The position numbers were made by a program, and so were the translations under genes. 64,000 nucleotides of DNA from Myxococcota bacterium (GTDB lineage Bacteria; Myxococcota_A; Polyangia; Polyangiales; Houyiibacteriaceae): contig JBCCEA010000009.1 in assembly GCA_039030515.1 (NCBI GenBank), forward strand, positions 1 to 64,000, in the 5' to 3' direction. Under the pieces are notes generated by a model. The model worked only from the letters and a program-made list of their open reading frames with translations. It was not told the origin of the DNA and did no database searches. This document shows, piece after piece, positions 50,151 to 61,200 of this stretch (within the stretch, counting starts at the first letter, position 1; each line of letters opens with the position of its first letter).

Positions 50151-51035
50151 ATGAAACACCACGGTCCGATGAAACACCGAGAGAGCGAAATCGATCTGCC
50201 ACGCTACCCTTACGTTCACGTCGATGTACGGTCTGAACAGGTGGAGCTCATCAGCTTGAAGCTCTTCGAGTCGGGAGCACTCGGCGTTGAAGAGCGCACC
50301 GACGAAACGATGTCCAAGGCCGAAGGTGGGGAGGTTACCCTCGTCGCCAGTTTCTCCTGCTTCTCTGACGCAGAACGCGCCATCGAGGCTCTCGGTGCCG
50401 AGCTAGCGGGTAGCCTGCAGGTCGTGCACGGGGATGCGTGGCGTGACGCGTGGCGTCGTTTTTTTCAGACGACGAAGATAGGCTCGAGACTGGTCGTGCT
50501 GCCGTCGTGGGGCGCATACGTCTCGACCGCTGACGAAGTGGTGCTCACGGTCGACCCCGGATACGCGTTCGGCAGCGGCATGCACGAATCCACCCAACTC
50601 GCCCTCGCCATCATCGAATCCCGCATCCAGGGCGGTGAAAGCGTGCTCGATGTAGGTTGCGGCAGCGGCATTCTGACCTTGGCCACGCTGCTGCTCGGCG
50701 CGAAACGTGCGGTCGGAATCGATCTGGATCCGGTAGCCATCGAGGTAGCAAAGACCAATCTCACCCACTCGGGATTTACGGACCAAGTCGAGTTGAGTAC
50801 CTGCGCAATCACAGACATCCCGGGCGAGTACGATCTGGTGGTCGCCAATATCGAGGCCGACACCCTTACCCATATGGCGACCAGCCTGCTCGCAAAGATC
50901 AAACCGGGAGGACGGCTCGTTTTGAGCGGAATCCTCGCGCATCAGGAAGACGCCATGCGGCCATGCTTTGAAGGCCTGGCAGACTTGGAAGTTCATCCGC
51001 AATGCGACTGGATCGCGATGACGGCCCGTAAGTGA
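50151..51035 (+). CDS. prmA: Ribosomal protein L11 methyltransferase
   Basis: 'WRDAWRRFF', 'DPGYAFGSGMHEST', 'VLDVGCGSG', 'VANI', 'LSGI'; upstream of rsmE. Confidence 0.93.
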   Translation: MKHHGPMKHRESEIDLPRYPYVHVDVRSEQVELISLKLFESGALGVEERTDETMSKAEGGEVTLVASFSCFSDAERAIEALGAELAGSLQVVHGDAWRDAWRRFFQTTKIGSRLVVLPSWGAYVSTADEVVLTVDPGYAFGSGMHESTQLALAIIESRIQGGESVLDVGCGSGILTLATLLLGAKRAVGIDLDPVAIEVAKTNLTHSGFTDQVELSTCAITDIPGEYDLVVANIEADTLTHMATSLLAKIKPGGRLVLSGILAHQEDAMRPCFEGLADLEVHPQCDWIAMTARK

Positions 51036-51057
51036 CGCCAGTGTACGCAGCGCTCGA

Positions 51058-51127
51058 ATGACGCCGCCGAGATGACACCTCTCAAATGACACTGCTCAGA
51101 TGACGCGGCCGAGATGACACTGCGACG
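51058..51127. repeat. Five ATGAC-initiated 14-bp degenerate repeats ending at the rsmE start
   Basis: ATGAC at 51058, 51072, 51086, 51100 and 51114. Confidence 0.8.
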
Positions 51128-51842
51128 TTTCTTCGTAGAACGAATTCCCGAGGGCTGCTCTCTCTTGGAGCTACCGGCAGCCCAGAGCGCACACGCGCGG
51201 GTGCTGCGGCTACCACAAGGCTGCGAGGTCGAGCTCTTTGACCCGGTGGGACGCACGGCTCGCGCGATCATCGAGGGCCTCGAAGCACTCACCTTGTGTC
51301 GCGTGCTCTCGACTTCGCCAGCACCCACCCATGCCCGTGCTCTAAACCTGATTCTCACGCTCCCCAAAGGCGCAAAGGTCGACGGTATCGTCCGGAGCGC
51401 AACCGAACTCGGAGTAGCGAGCATCCATTTCGCCGTAGGGGCCCATTCCGTATCGCGACCAGAAGATCGTCGAGCCGCACAAAAGATGGAGCGCCTCATC
51501 CGCATTGCTCGCGAAGCATCGCGTCAATCCGAGTCGAATCAGGTGCCCGACCTGATCGGCCCGGCGCCGTTACTGGAAGTAGCCACAAGGGTGGGACCAG
51601 AAGATACCTGTTGGGCCTTCGTGGCGCGGACCGCGAAAACGCCAGCGATCGAACCGATTCATTCGAACATCGTATGGGTTGCCGTCGGTCCAGAGGGCGG
51701 ATTTTGCGCCTCCGAAGTGGCGAAACTTTGTGAGATGGGCTTTCAAACCCAGTCCTTGGGAGACACTGTGCTGAGAGTGGAAACCGCAGCCACCGCGGGG
51801 CTCGTGCTCGCCCTTGACCGAATGCGTAGCAAGCCTGCGTAG
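51114..51842 (+). CDS. rsmE: 16S rRNA m3U1498 methyltransferase
   Basis: 'HARVLRL', 'ATELGV', 'EASRQS', 'VGPEGGF', 'LGDTVLRVETA'. Confidence 0.95.
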   Translation: MTLRRFFVERIPEGCSLLELPAAQSAHARVLRLPQGCEVELFDPVGRTARAIIEGLEALTLCRVLSTSPAPTHARALNLILTLPKGAKVDGIVRSATELGVASIHFAVGAHSVSRPEDRRAAQKMERLIRIAREASRQSESNQVPDLIGPAPLLEVATRVGPEDTCWAFVARTAKTPAIEPIHSNIVWVAVGPEGGFCASEVAKLCEMGFQTQSLGDTVLRVETAATAGLVLALDRMRSKPA

Positions 51843-51957
51843 CCGCAGCATTCTTCAAATAGAGCGCCACGCTTTCCGGAAGAGCGGTCGGATCAAGGGA
51901 GATGCACTGTAAGGCATTGACATTTGAAGAACGCCGGAGCGAACATAAATCTCCGAG

Positions 51958-54612
51958 ATGTCTGCTCTCGCTTCCCTCTTGGTCCGCGACCAGGTCGTCT
52001 CCATTCGTCAGATCGAATCGGCGATCCAAAGGCAAGCGGTGTTCGAAGGCGATTTGGACACCGCCCTGCTGGAAATGGATCTGATCTCCGAGCACACGAT
52101 GGGTGCCTATCGAGCGGCGCTCTTCGATGTGCTGCCGGCAACCCGCGAAGAAGTGATGGGCGTCGGTCGAGATGCGATACGTGTGGTTTCACAGGAAACC
52201 GTGCGCAAGTATCGCATTGTCCCGCTTCGTGCGGAAGACGGCACCTTAGTCGCGGCAGCGACTGCACCTCTACGACCTGAGATTCGCCAGCAGCTTGAGA
52301 GCGAATGCGGCTACTACGTCGTCATTCGGGTGGTGCCTGAGGTGCGTTTGGCCGCCGGTCTTGCCCACCATTACGGCGTCGACATGGCACCGAGGATGAG
52401 ACGGCTCACCGAAAAACTAAGGCAAGCCGATCCCGGCCCTATGCCCTACGTGAAACCTCCAGCAGAGCTGAATCACATCTCCCAGAGCCCATTCAAAGTA
52501 AGCGCTCCCCTTGATCCAGGCTCAAAACCGGACGCGATTTCAAGCTCTGCCGGCAAATCCGACCTGACCCAAACGTCTCAGGACGCGAATTCGGGAGCAG
52601 ACACCGGATCGCATCGCACTCAAGCCGAGCCCGTGCGATCACTGCCCGCACTAGGTCTTCAAAACACAGGTCTTCAAAACACAGGTCTTCAAAAGACGAC
52701 CTCCGAGATAAGCGCCCGCAAGCTGCGAGGCCCGCTCCTCGGCAAGCGCGCCGCCAAACTACTGGAGAGCGCCCAGAGTACAAACGAAATACTGGAAGTG
52801 CTCTTCGTATACGCCCGGCAGTTCTTTGACTACACCGCGCTTTTTCTGGTGCGCGACGGCGAAGCGGAGGGCCAACTCGCTTTCGGACCGGGAGCCACCA
52901 CGGCGGAATTGAAACAACGATCCATATCGCTTCTCGGAACGAGCGTATTGTCCAAAGCACACACCAGTGGGAGTCCACAAATCGCGCGTAGTCGAGACGA
53001 ACTCGGAGCAGGCATTTCCGGCTCGCTCGGGCGTATCCACGCGAAGACGTCGGTCGTCGTGCCATTTTTAGTCCGGACGCGACCCGTAGTTCTGCTTTAC
53101 GGCGACCGAGGAGACGAGGTGTTTCAACTCTCCAATATCCCTGAACTCATGGGACTCAGCCCCTCGGTAGGCGAGGCTTTCGAACGCCTGATCCTGCAGA
53201 GAAAACTCGGCGCGAAACCTCCTGCTAAAGCGGATCGACCTCATCCAACGGTTCATGAATCGCCTAACGATGCTTCGGTGAGCGACTCCCCTAACGCGCC
53301 CAGCGCCCGGAGCACCGCTGCGCAGGAAACGGCAAACTCGAGCGACAACCTCGCAGAGGAGCCGAGCGAACCCCAAACACGTGGGAAGTGGCGCTACTCC
53401 GAGCCCCCGAGTACGGGTCGTCGCCGAAATGTGCTTGGACTCGGTTTCTCGGAGGAGAGCCACGGTCCTAGCGGCACGCCGAGCCCGGAAACCGAACCCC
53501 GTCTCTTCGACCAGCAGCGCCCCTTGCAGTTTGACATGCTTGGCGTCCCAAGAAGCGCGCCGCCGCCACCCGAGGCCACCACCGAAGCACCTCGAGAGTC
53601 CGAACCGGCAACTGAGAGCCTGAAAGCCGCTGCAACGGCGGAGCCGGAGGTGCCAGAGGGTTCCGAAGACATCGAAATATCCAGCGCCGAATTGTCGCCT
53701 AGTCCAAACGAGGACCAACCGACGGTGATCGTGGACATGGGCGACGACGTGCACGCGCTGGTTGAGGAGCTGTCTACCGAACCCCGGGAACACAACTCTG
53801 AGTTGATCGACAGGGTGCTGCGCCTTGGGAAGATTGCACTGCCTATTCTGATTCAGAGATTCCCCGGGTCGATCTGGCTCGAAGAGTGGAGCGAAGAAGG
53901 CCATCTGCCGAAAGGAGAAGATATCTCGGCGATCAGCCGAGCGCTGGTTCGTTTCGGCGAGCCGGCGATACCCTACCTCATTTGCCGATTTGACGATCGC
54001 GATGACAAGGTGCGGTTTTACGCGACTCTACTTGCTTCGGCATTCCGCCACCCGAGTCTCGTGGCACCGCTAGGCAAGCGTGTATTCGACTCAAACCCGA
54101 ACACTCGGACTATTGCACTTCGGGTGCTGATTCGTTCAAAACGCTTCTCCACAGAATTCGAAGAAGTCTTGCGGGGTATCCGCGCTGCTGCACGATTGCC
54201 CCGCAAAGATATCGAGCTGCGCACAGTTGCCGTTCAGGCACTTGTGACGCTGAGGGACTCCAGATCGACTGCGACCTTGATCGAACTCCTGAGCGAAAAA
54301 GATGAACCCCTCACCACATCTGTGCATGCGGCCTTGAGAACCCTGACCCGTCAGGACTTTGGATATTCAGCGCCTCGCTGGCAAGCCTGGGCAGAGCAGC
54401 ATGGGGCAAAGCACCGCATCGAATGGCTGATCGATGCGCTGACTCATGAAGACGAAACGCTTCGCGCACAGGCAGCGAACGAACTCAAAACGTCGACTCA
54501 AAAATACTTCGGCTATCATCCGAGCCTGACCAAACGAGAGCGCGAAGTCTGCCAGAGAAAGTACCGCTCGTGGTGGGAAGCCGGAGGACGCATAGGCCAC
54601 AAAGGCACCTAG
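51958..54612 (+). CDS. GspE/PilB N-terminal (T2SSE_N)-like + GAF-like + HEAT-repeat protein, no ATPase
   Basis: 'AIRVVSQETVRKYRIVPLRAEDGTLVAA'; GAF-like 'SVVVPFLVRTRPVVLLYGD'; low-complexity linker; HEAT repeats. Internal 15-bp repeat at 52653-52694. Confidence 0.72.
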   Translation: MSALASLLVRDQVVSIRQIESAIQRQAVFEGDLDTALLEMDLISEHTMGAYRAALFDVLPATREEVMGVGRDAIRVVSQETVRKYRIVPLRAEDGTLVAAATAPLRPEIRQQLESECGYYVVIRVVPEVRLAAGLAHHYGVDMAPRMRRLTEKLRQADPGPMPYVKPPAELNHISQSPFKVSAPLDPGSKPDAISSSAGKSDLTQTSQDANSGADTGSHRTQAEPVRSLPALGLQNTGLQNTGLQKTTSEISARKLRGPLLGKRAAKLLESAQSTNEILEVLFVYARQFFDYTALFLVRDGEAEGQLAFGPGATTAELKQRSISLLGTSVLSKAHTSGSPQIARSRDELGAGISGSLGRIHAKTSVVVPFLVRTRPVVLLYGDRGDEVFQLSNIPELMGLSPSVGEAFERLILQRKLGAKPPAKADRPHPTVHESPNDASVSDSPNAPSARSTAAQETANSSDNLAEEPSEPQTRGKWRYSEPPSTGRRRNVLGLGFSEESHGPSGTPSPETEPRLFDQQRPLQFDMLGVPRSAPPPPEATTEAPRESEPATESLKAAATAEPEVPEGSEDIEISSAELSPSPNEDQPTVIVDMGDDVHALVEELSTEPREHNSELIDRVLRLGKIALPILIQRFPGSIWLEEWSEEGHLPKGEDISAISRALVRFGEPAIPYLICRFDDRDDKVRFYATLLASAFRHPSLVAPLGKRVFDSNPNTRTIALRVLIRSKRFSTEFEEVLRGIRAAARLPRKDIELRTVAVQALVTLRDSRSTATLIELLSEKDEPLTTSVHAALRTLTRQDFGYSAPRWQAWAEQHGAKHRIEWLIDALTHEDETLRAQAANELKTSTQKYFGYHPSLTKREREVCQRKYRSWWEAGGRIGHKGT

Positions 54613-54877
54613 ACCCGCCACAGTCCAATTCACTCGCGCGTGTCCGAAAACCTTAGTGACAAGAAGCGCAGCGCCGACCCCTGATGGAACCTACCTCCTC
54701 GACTCTCCGCTGTGTACAACAGCATGACTTGCAACCATGGTCGATGGTCTGCATGTGTGGGGCAAGCGACGACTCACGCAAAGGGAATCGAAGCAGCTCC
54801 TCCAGCAAAGGATGACGGCGTTCTGTGTACAACAATTTACGCTGAATAAGAGAAAACAAGAAAACAGGAGCGGAGCC

Positions 54878-55621
54878 ATGAATCGTTTTGAGAATCGATC
54901 GTACCTGATGACGGGTGGCAGCAGTGGCATCGGGCTGGCAACAGCAAAACGGCTCGTCGCCGAGGGGGCACGGGTCGCAATCACCGGTCTCAGCAAAGAA
55001 AGACTCGATGCGGCACAGAAGGAACTCGGTGTGCTTACCCTAGTCAATGATGCCGGAAGTGCAGAGGCGGCGCAGGCTCTTGGGCAATGGGCTCATGCGG
55101 AGCTCGGTCAGCTCGACGGCGCCTTCTTAAACGCAGGATTTGGCCGGGTCGTTCCTCTAGATTCGATCACCGCAAAAGAATTCGACGATCAGTTTTCGGT
55201 CAACGTTCGAGGTCCGCTCCTACACGTGAAGGCCATCAAACCCATCCTGAAAGACGGGGCGTCCATCGTGCTCAATACCTCCATCGCACAAAACATGGGC
55301 ATGGCTGGCATGGCGATCTACAGCGCAACCAAGGGCGCGCTCCGCACCGCGACTCGCGTTTTGGCAAGAGAGCTCTCGGAACGGAGTATCCGCGTGAATG
55401 CGGTGAGCCCCGGCCCTATCGAAACCAATTTCTTTGGGCGCACGGGACTCTCGCCAGACGCGATCGAAGGTTTTGCTCAGCAGATCATGTCGCAGGTGCC
55501 GCTGGGCCGCTTCGGACGTGCAGAAGAAGTAGCGTCGGTAGCGGCCTTCTTACTATCCGATGATGCATCCTTTGTGACGGGATCGGAATACGTTGTCGAC
55601 GGAGGAATGTCGGAGCTCTAG
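54878..55621 (+). CDS. Short-chain dehydrogenase/reductase
   Basis: 'TGGSSGIG', 'NAG', 'YSATK', 'IRVNAVSPGPIET', 'VDGG'; ATG 54878 with AGGAG/GGAG RBS. Confidence 0.95.
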   Translation: MNRFENRSYLMTGGSSGIGLATAKRLVAEGARVAITGLSKERLDAAQKELGVLTLVNDAGSAEAAQALGQWAHAELGQLDGAFLNAGFGRVVPLDSITAKEFDDQFSVNVRGPLLHVKAIKPILKDGASIVLNTSIAQNMGMAGMAIYSATKGALRTATRVLARELSERSIRVNAVSPGPIETNFFGRTGLSPDAIEGFAQQIMSQVPLGRFGRAEEVASVAAFLLSDDASFVTGSEYVVDGGMSEL

Positions 55622-55719
55622 TGCATAGAATACACCGATGAAGTCACGGATAAATAAGCAAAGAACTGCGATATTTGTGAGAGCCCGCGAACTTGGACGC
55701 GCGACTGGTCGTGATTTGG

Positions 55720-56007
55720 CTATCGAAGCCGAGTAGTCCGCTCCCGTGGGCCTTGCCTATAAAGGCCTCTACCGAAATTCTGATTTGAAGCGCGTCTAGC
55801 CAGCAAGGCAATGAAGTACGCACCGAGGAGCGAGGCGAGTAGACAGAACCCATGTGCAGCCGCCGGCGCCAAGGCGGATGCCGGAGAAGCTTTTCTTGCG
55901 GCTCTTGGCAACGCCGGTGGCGTAGGGGGAAGCGGATTCTCCAACACATTCCGCGTCCAGTGCCGGATCTGCCATTTCGGGTCATACGCGGATTCCGGTA
56001 GCGGCAC
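55720..56007 (-). CDS. Possible small single-TM protein
   Basis: Pro/Ala-rich linker, one hydrophobic helix and a basic tail, in an otherwise empty 630-bp gap. Confidence 0.3.
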   Translation of the reverse strand: MPLPESAYDPKWQIRHWTRNVLENPLPPTPPALPRAARKASPASALAPAAAHGFCLLASLLGAYFIALLARRASNQNFGRGLYRQGPRERTTRLR

Positions 56008-56251
56008 GAGGCACGCATCATTTCAAGGTAAGTTAAAGGTAGGTTAGGTGCCGCAAAGCTCAATTCACGTGACAGAGTCGTTTTCGTCTGAACCGTCGAA
56101 GAACTCTTCAACACCCTCGTAGTCGAGAGGCATCAGCTAGAGCGCTTGTCTGTTACTCTCGATCAGTCTCGGGTTTGATCGTTCGCGAAAAGACCGTTCC
56201 GAGTGGTTCAACGTTGGCTTTGGTTTCGATGAGCTTCCAGGGATACTGCGC

Positions 56252-58000
56252 TCATCTCGAGACTTCTTCGCTATGCAGCCAGCTAATGTCGTACGTGGTG
56301 CTGTCGTCGCCGAATGCGGTGCAGCTGATCAATGCCACTTCGACGTCCTTCCCCCCTGCTTGTTGCAGTGCGCTTTCAATAAGTCCAAGCAGCAACACCG
56401 AGGTCACGAGCGCGGCCTTTCCTGAACCCTCCAGCTGGAGTCTAGCGTAGCCTGAACCGATAAGCTCTATAGTGAGTCCGATTCCACGAAAGAGAACACT
56501 TAGAATGCTCGGCAATTGTTCCAGCATATTCTGCGGAAACTGAGGACTCTCTTCTACTAAAAGCGCAGCAGCGGCGGCGCGTCCACATTCGACAACCAGA
56601 CGTAGGTCGTCACGTCCCAGCTGCTGATCCACAAGCGTCATAAATCTTTGCACGACCTCAAAATCCACCCAGGAATCCGCCGTGACACCGCCTTGAAATA
56701 CAGCCCGACTCTCCTCAGGAAGCGTATCGAGAACTTTCTTCAGAGCAAGCGCACCAAACGTACCAGCAACGAAACGCAATATCGGTAAGACTAGAGCTCC
56801 ACTGCATTTGAATATTGGAAGAACCGATTCGCCTGCGAGATTCAGCGCAACTTTGATCTGCGTATCCCCCCCGAGCGGACCTGGATCTTCTGCGTTGATC
56901 TCTCCATCGACCGAAGCCTGTGCCGGAACACTCGAAAAAGAGACGATGGTGTCTGCACCTAAAAAAACATCTTGATCCGCCGTGTGGTCAGAATGTGCGT
57001 TCGCACGCGCTTGAATATGGAGCAGGTCCATCGAGAAACTATCGCTCACCGGCTCGTCCTCAGGCACGCTCAGTCCTCCGAAAGGAACCAGCGCCCTTGC
57101 AAAATCCTCAGCATTGACAAAGCGGTCTTCTCTTTGCTTGGCAAGTGCACGCATCACCGCATCCTCCAAAGCTTGAGGAACATCGCTTCGAAAGTCTCGG
57201 AGTGGGGCCGGCGGATCTTTTTTTACCTTACGCGCAAGTTCGGCAAATGTAGATGCCTCAAACGGTCGACGGCCGCAAAGCATCTCGTAAATAATGACCC
57301 CCATAGAGTAGACATCGAGACGAGGATCTCGGCGATCGTCCCCGCGGAGTCTCTCGGGCGCGGCATATGCGGGAGTTCCCACTAGGGTTCGCTCGGGGGT
57401 TAGTGTCCTGTCGGTATCGTCAAATCGTTGTGTCGGTATGAGAAGCGCCGCAAAGCCAAAATCGAGAATTTTTACAAAGTCTGAATCACGTAAGTAAGAA
57501 CAGAGCATCAGATTTCCTGGTTTCAGATCTCGATGCAGAATTCCACGTCCATGAGCGGCCGCGAGACCCGCCAGCGCATGGGTCGCGATACGGCATACCC
57601 GCTCCACGGGAATCGGCCCGTCGAGCGCGATCGCACGGGAAAGCGGGTGGCCGCGAAGGTATTCCATCACCAGAAAAGGAGCGTGATCCATCGTGCCAAA
57701 ATCGAGAATCTCGATAATGTTTGGATGACCGATCGAGGCGGCCGTACGGGCTTCCCGCTCGAACCGCTCTACGGCAGAAGGATTGGATCGCACGACGTGA
57801 GGATGCAGAACCTTGATCGCAACGAAACGACGAAGGACTCGATCTGCCGCCTTATACACGCTCCCCATCCCCCCAATGCCCAAAGGCCGAACAAGATGAT
57901 ATCGCCCCTGAACCACTGTTCCGACAAGTCGTGCATCACGCCTGAGCAACCGATTTGAACGATAGGCCGCATCACTCCGTCTGCTGCTGTCGCCAGCCAT
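56252..58000 (-). CDS. Ser/Thr protein kinase with C-terminal DUF2378/V4R-like domain
   Basis: 'LGIGGMGSVY', 'HRDLKPGN', 'DFG', 'GTPAYAAPE'; C-terminal 'SWVDFEVV...GLIESALQQAGGKDVEV...CTAFGDDSTTYDISW'. Confidence 0.92.
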   Translation of the reverse strand: MAGDSSRRSDAAYRSNRLLRRDARLVGTVVQGRYHLVRPLGIGGMGSVYKAADRVLRRFVAIKVLHPHVVRSNPSAVERFEREARTAASIGHPNIIEILDFGTMDHAPFLVMEYLRGHPLSRAIALDGPIPVERVCRIATHALAGLAAAHGRGILHRDLKPGNLMLCSYLRDSDFVKILDFGFAALLIPTQRFDDTDRTLTPERTLVGTPAYAAPERLRGDDRRDPRLDVYSMGVIIYEMLCGRRPFEASTFAELARKVKKDPPAPLRDFRSDVPQALEDAVMRALAKQREDRFVNAEDFARALVPFGGLSVPEDEPVSDSFSMDLLHIQARANAHSDHTADQDVFLGADTIVSFSSVPAQASVDGEINAEDPGPLGGDTQIKVALNLAGESVLPIFKCSGALVLPILRFVAGTFGALALKKVLDTLPEESRAVFQGGVTADSWVDFEVVQRFMTLVDQQLGRDDLRLVVECGRAAAAALLVEESPQFPQNMLEQLPSILSVLFRGIGLTIELIGSGYARLQLEGSGKAALVTSVLLLGLIESALQQAGGKDVEVALISCTAFGDDSTTYDISWLHSEEVSR

Positions 58001-58242
58001 GTCGTCGAGAATAGTCGACCCTAGTGCTCAGTCCCAGACGTAATCACGCAAAACCAAGGCTAAGGAGTTGAAAATCAAGGTACTTTCGTGAATCCACCGG
58101 AGATTCTTCAGCTAGATCGTCATTTGGGTGGTGCTTTAGCCCTATTTTGTATCATCGTTCTAGGGTGGAAGATGAGAGGGACACTGGGGATTTCGTAAGC
58201 AAGAGTTCCACGAAGATCATCAGTAGACATCGAACATCCAAG

Positions 58243-61200
58243 ATGCACTCAAACAGTGTTCGACCGCCGCCGCCGCCACCCCAAGTAGTGAGAAGTAAGA
58301 AAAAACTGGAGACTCGAGCTCGGACTACCGTCGAGCACGATGAGGCGACGATTCTCGGAGGACCAAAAGAGCTTCTTTCTTTATGCGAGACAGAGCTCGC
58401 TTCCGGACCGAGCGATCTTCGTGCGGCAAGACTTCACTACGAGATCGCCTGGTTTTATGAAACTCAAACGAAGGAGGTAAGTCGAGCGACTGAGCACTAC
58501 CTTGCGGCGACAGAACGAGACCCAGAAAGCATCCGTAGTCTTCAGGGGGCCCGTCGCTGTTTGCAGGCCCTCGGCAGATTCCCCGAAGCGGCAAGCACCC
58601 TGGTTCAAGAAATAGAGCTGACCCGCAACGCGTGCGATCGAGCCCGACTCTTTTACGAACACGGCCGTCTGTTGGAAGACAACATCGATGCGCCAGAAGA
58701 CGCCAAACAGGCGTACCTCAAGGGCCTGATGTTCGAACCGAGCAACGAAAACCTGCTCAAGGCGGTCGAAAGCTGGCAGCGACGCTTTGGCGAATGGGCC
58801 GCACTCGAAAAGACCTACGAACGAATGGACACGGTGCTCGATGGAGACCCAAAGCACCAAGCCGCACTCCTCGCTGAGCGTGCGCGCATCGCAGAGCACG
58901 ACGCCAAGGACCCCACTCGGGCTGCAGAGCTATACGAGGCCGCTCTGGAGCTGAACCCTGATGTTTCAGGAGCGTTTATTGCACTGCGAAGGCTTCATCA
59001 CGCCAGCGGGCGGTGGCGCGATCTGGTGCGGCTTTTGGACCGTGAAGTTCGAGTCTGTGATCTGCCCGAGAACCGAACCGCGATCATGCTCGAACAGTCC
59101 CGGTACCTTGAAGAAAAACTGGGTGATTTAAGCAGAGCCGTCAACTCCGCCGAGCGCGCCCGAGTTGAATCTCCGAGTCATCTTGGCGCCCTGAGACGAT
59201 TGACCACGCTTTATGCCAAGTTAGGTCGGCATTCCGATCTTGTCGGGATATTGGAGGAACTGACTACACACCGGATTCCAGAGGCAAAAACCTCATTACC
59301 GCTGCAAATTGCTCGGACTTACGAAGGCCCACTTTCTGACACCAGCAAAGCGAGAACATGGTACGAGACCGCTCTTCAACACAACCCCGGCCTGCAGGCA
59401 GCCACCGCCGCGCTGAGCAGCATATACCGCAACTCCAAAAGCTGGACCGCTTTGATCGATATGGAGTCCGCAATCGTCAATTCGGACTCCGCCACCGTAC
59501 TCGAACGAGCGAGAAGCCATGCTTCCATCGCTGGAGTCTCCGAATTCGAGCTAAATCGAAAAGACGAGGCTATCGAGCACCACCGGTCCGCGGTAGCGCT
59601 GTTCCCAGGATTTGAGCCTTCATTTTCAGCACTCTGTCGTCTTCTTGCAACGTCCGCGCAGTTCAGAGCGCTTATCGAACTCTATGAGCAAGAGATCGAT
59701 CGCAGCGAAGGTAGCGAGAATAGGATATCCTATTTGTTTCGCATCGGGCTCCTTTATGAGGACCGACTCAACGATCCAAACGCAGCAAGCCATTGCTACG
59801 CAAGGGTGCTCCGGATCAAACAAGATCATCGCGGTGCAATGCAGTCTATGGCTCGATCTTCAGCGAGCGCGCAGGACTGGCAAACGCACGTCAAAGCGCT
59901 CGATCTTGAAGCTGCGATCGAAGAGCAAATCACGCGCAAGGTGCGCCTGGAGACACGCGCCGCCGAGGTGACCTACGAAAAATTAAATGACGTGCATGGT
60001 GCCCTCGGTCGACTCGTCGCGATCCGAAGAGCCGCACCCAAGGATGAGCTTGTTCTCAATTTACTCGGCACCCTTCTTTATGAAACCGGTCGATGGCGAG
60101 ACTTCGTGGAGGTTCGAGGCGCCCAAAGGGAGCTCGTAGAGCCCGGTGAGGCTTGGGTCAAACTCAGCCTGGAAATGGCTGCCGCATCGGAGCAGCTTGC
60201 CGAAAACGAACGCGCGCTTGAGTTGTATCTAGAGGCGCTCACGGTATCGCCAACCAATACGGAGGGTTTACGCTGCACCGCGAGACTGCTCGAAGCCAAG
60301 GGGGCGTTTGAGCAGTTGGCCAAGGTTTTTGAGCAGCAACGAAACGTCACCACGGCCGAGTGCGGCCGAGTCGAGCTCTCCCTGCAGCTCGGCCGAATTT
60401 GGGAAGAGCATCTCTCCGACAAGAAAACCGCGCTGTACTGGTATGGTAAAGCTCTTGAGGACGAGCCTACGTCGAGGGAAGCCTTGGGCGCCCAAGCCCG
60501 GGTGCTTGCGACCGAGGGAACTCGCAACAAACTTGCAAGTTCCCTGATCGAACAGTCCAAGCGAACCGAGGAGCAGACTCTAGCTCACGATGCCAGCTTG
60601 GCTGCAGGACACGTGCTCGTTTCAGAGATTGGGGCAAAGGATCGCGCGATTCAGTGTTTCCGGGGCATGCTCTCCAAAACGCCAAACCATATCGGTGCAC
60701 TCATCGCGCTAGAGGGGCTCTATTTGGCGAAGCAAAGCCCAGAGGACCTGGTCGAGATTTACCGCACTCAATACGAAGCGCTGGGTAGTGAGCCATCGAA
60801 GGTCGCAGTCCTAAGGCAGTGGGCCCGCTACGCAAAACAGAGCTCCAACCCGCAATCTCAGGCAGAGGCGCAGAGAGAACTGCTTAAGCTGTTGCCAAAC
60901 GACAGAGAGGCACTGGAGGCAAGTGTCGATTTTCAAAAGCAGAACGGAGACGAAAACGGCGCAATTCAGAGCAAGCGTGCACTCGCGCATACGGAGACCG
61001 ATCCGAGCCGATTGGTGCATCATCAGCTCGAGCTGGCCAGCATGCTGGAGACAAGCGATCCGAGAGGATCCCTAGCTGCTTATCAGAGTGCAATCCGCAC
61101 AGACCCTGAAAGTCTCAACGCCGTGCGCGGTCTAAGTCGGCTGGCTCAAATACTTTCACTTCCTGAATCATTGAGAGAGGCAGCTCAACTAGAAGCCAAA

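Noticed and set aside
54737..54877. N-terminal extension of the SDR ORF
   Set aside because: The SDR fold begins at MNRFEN with a good RBS; the upstream sequence looks regulatory.
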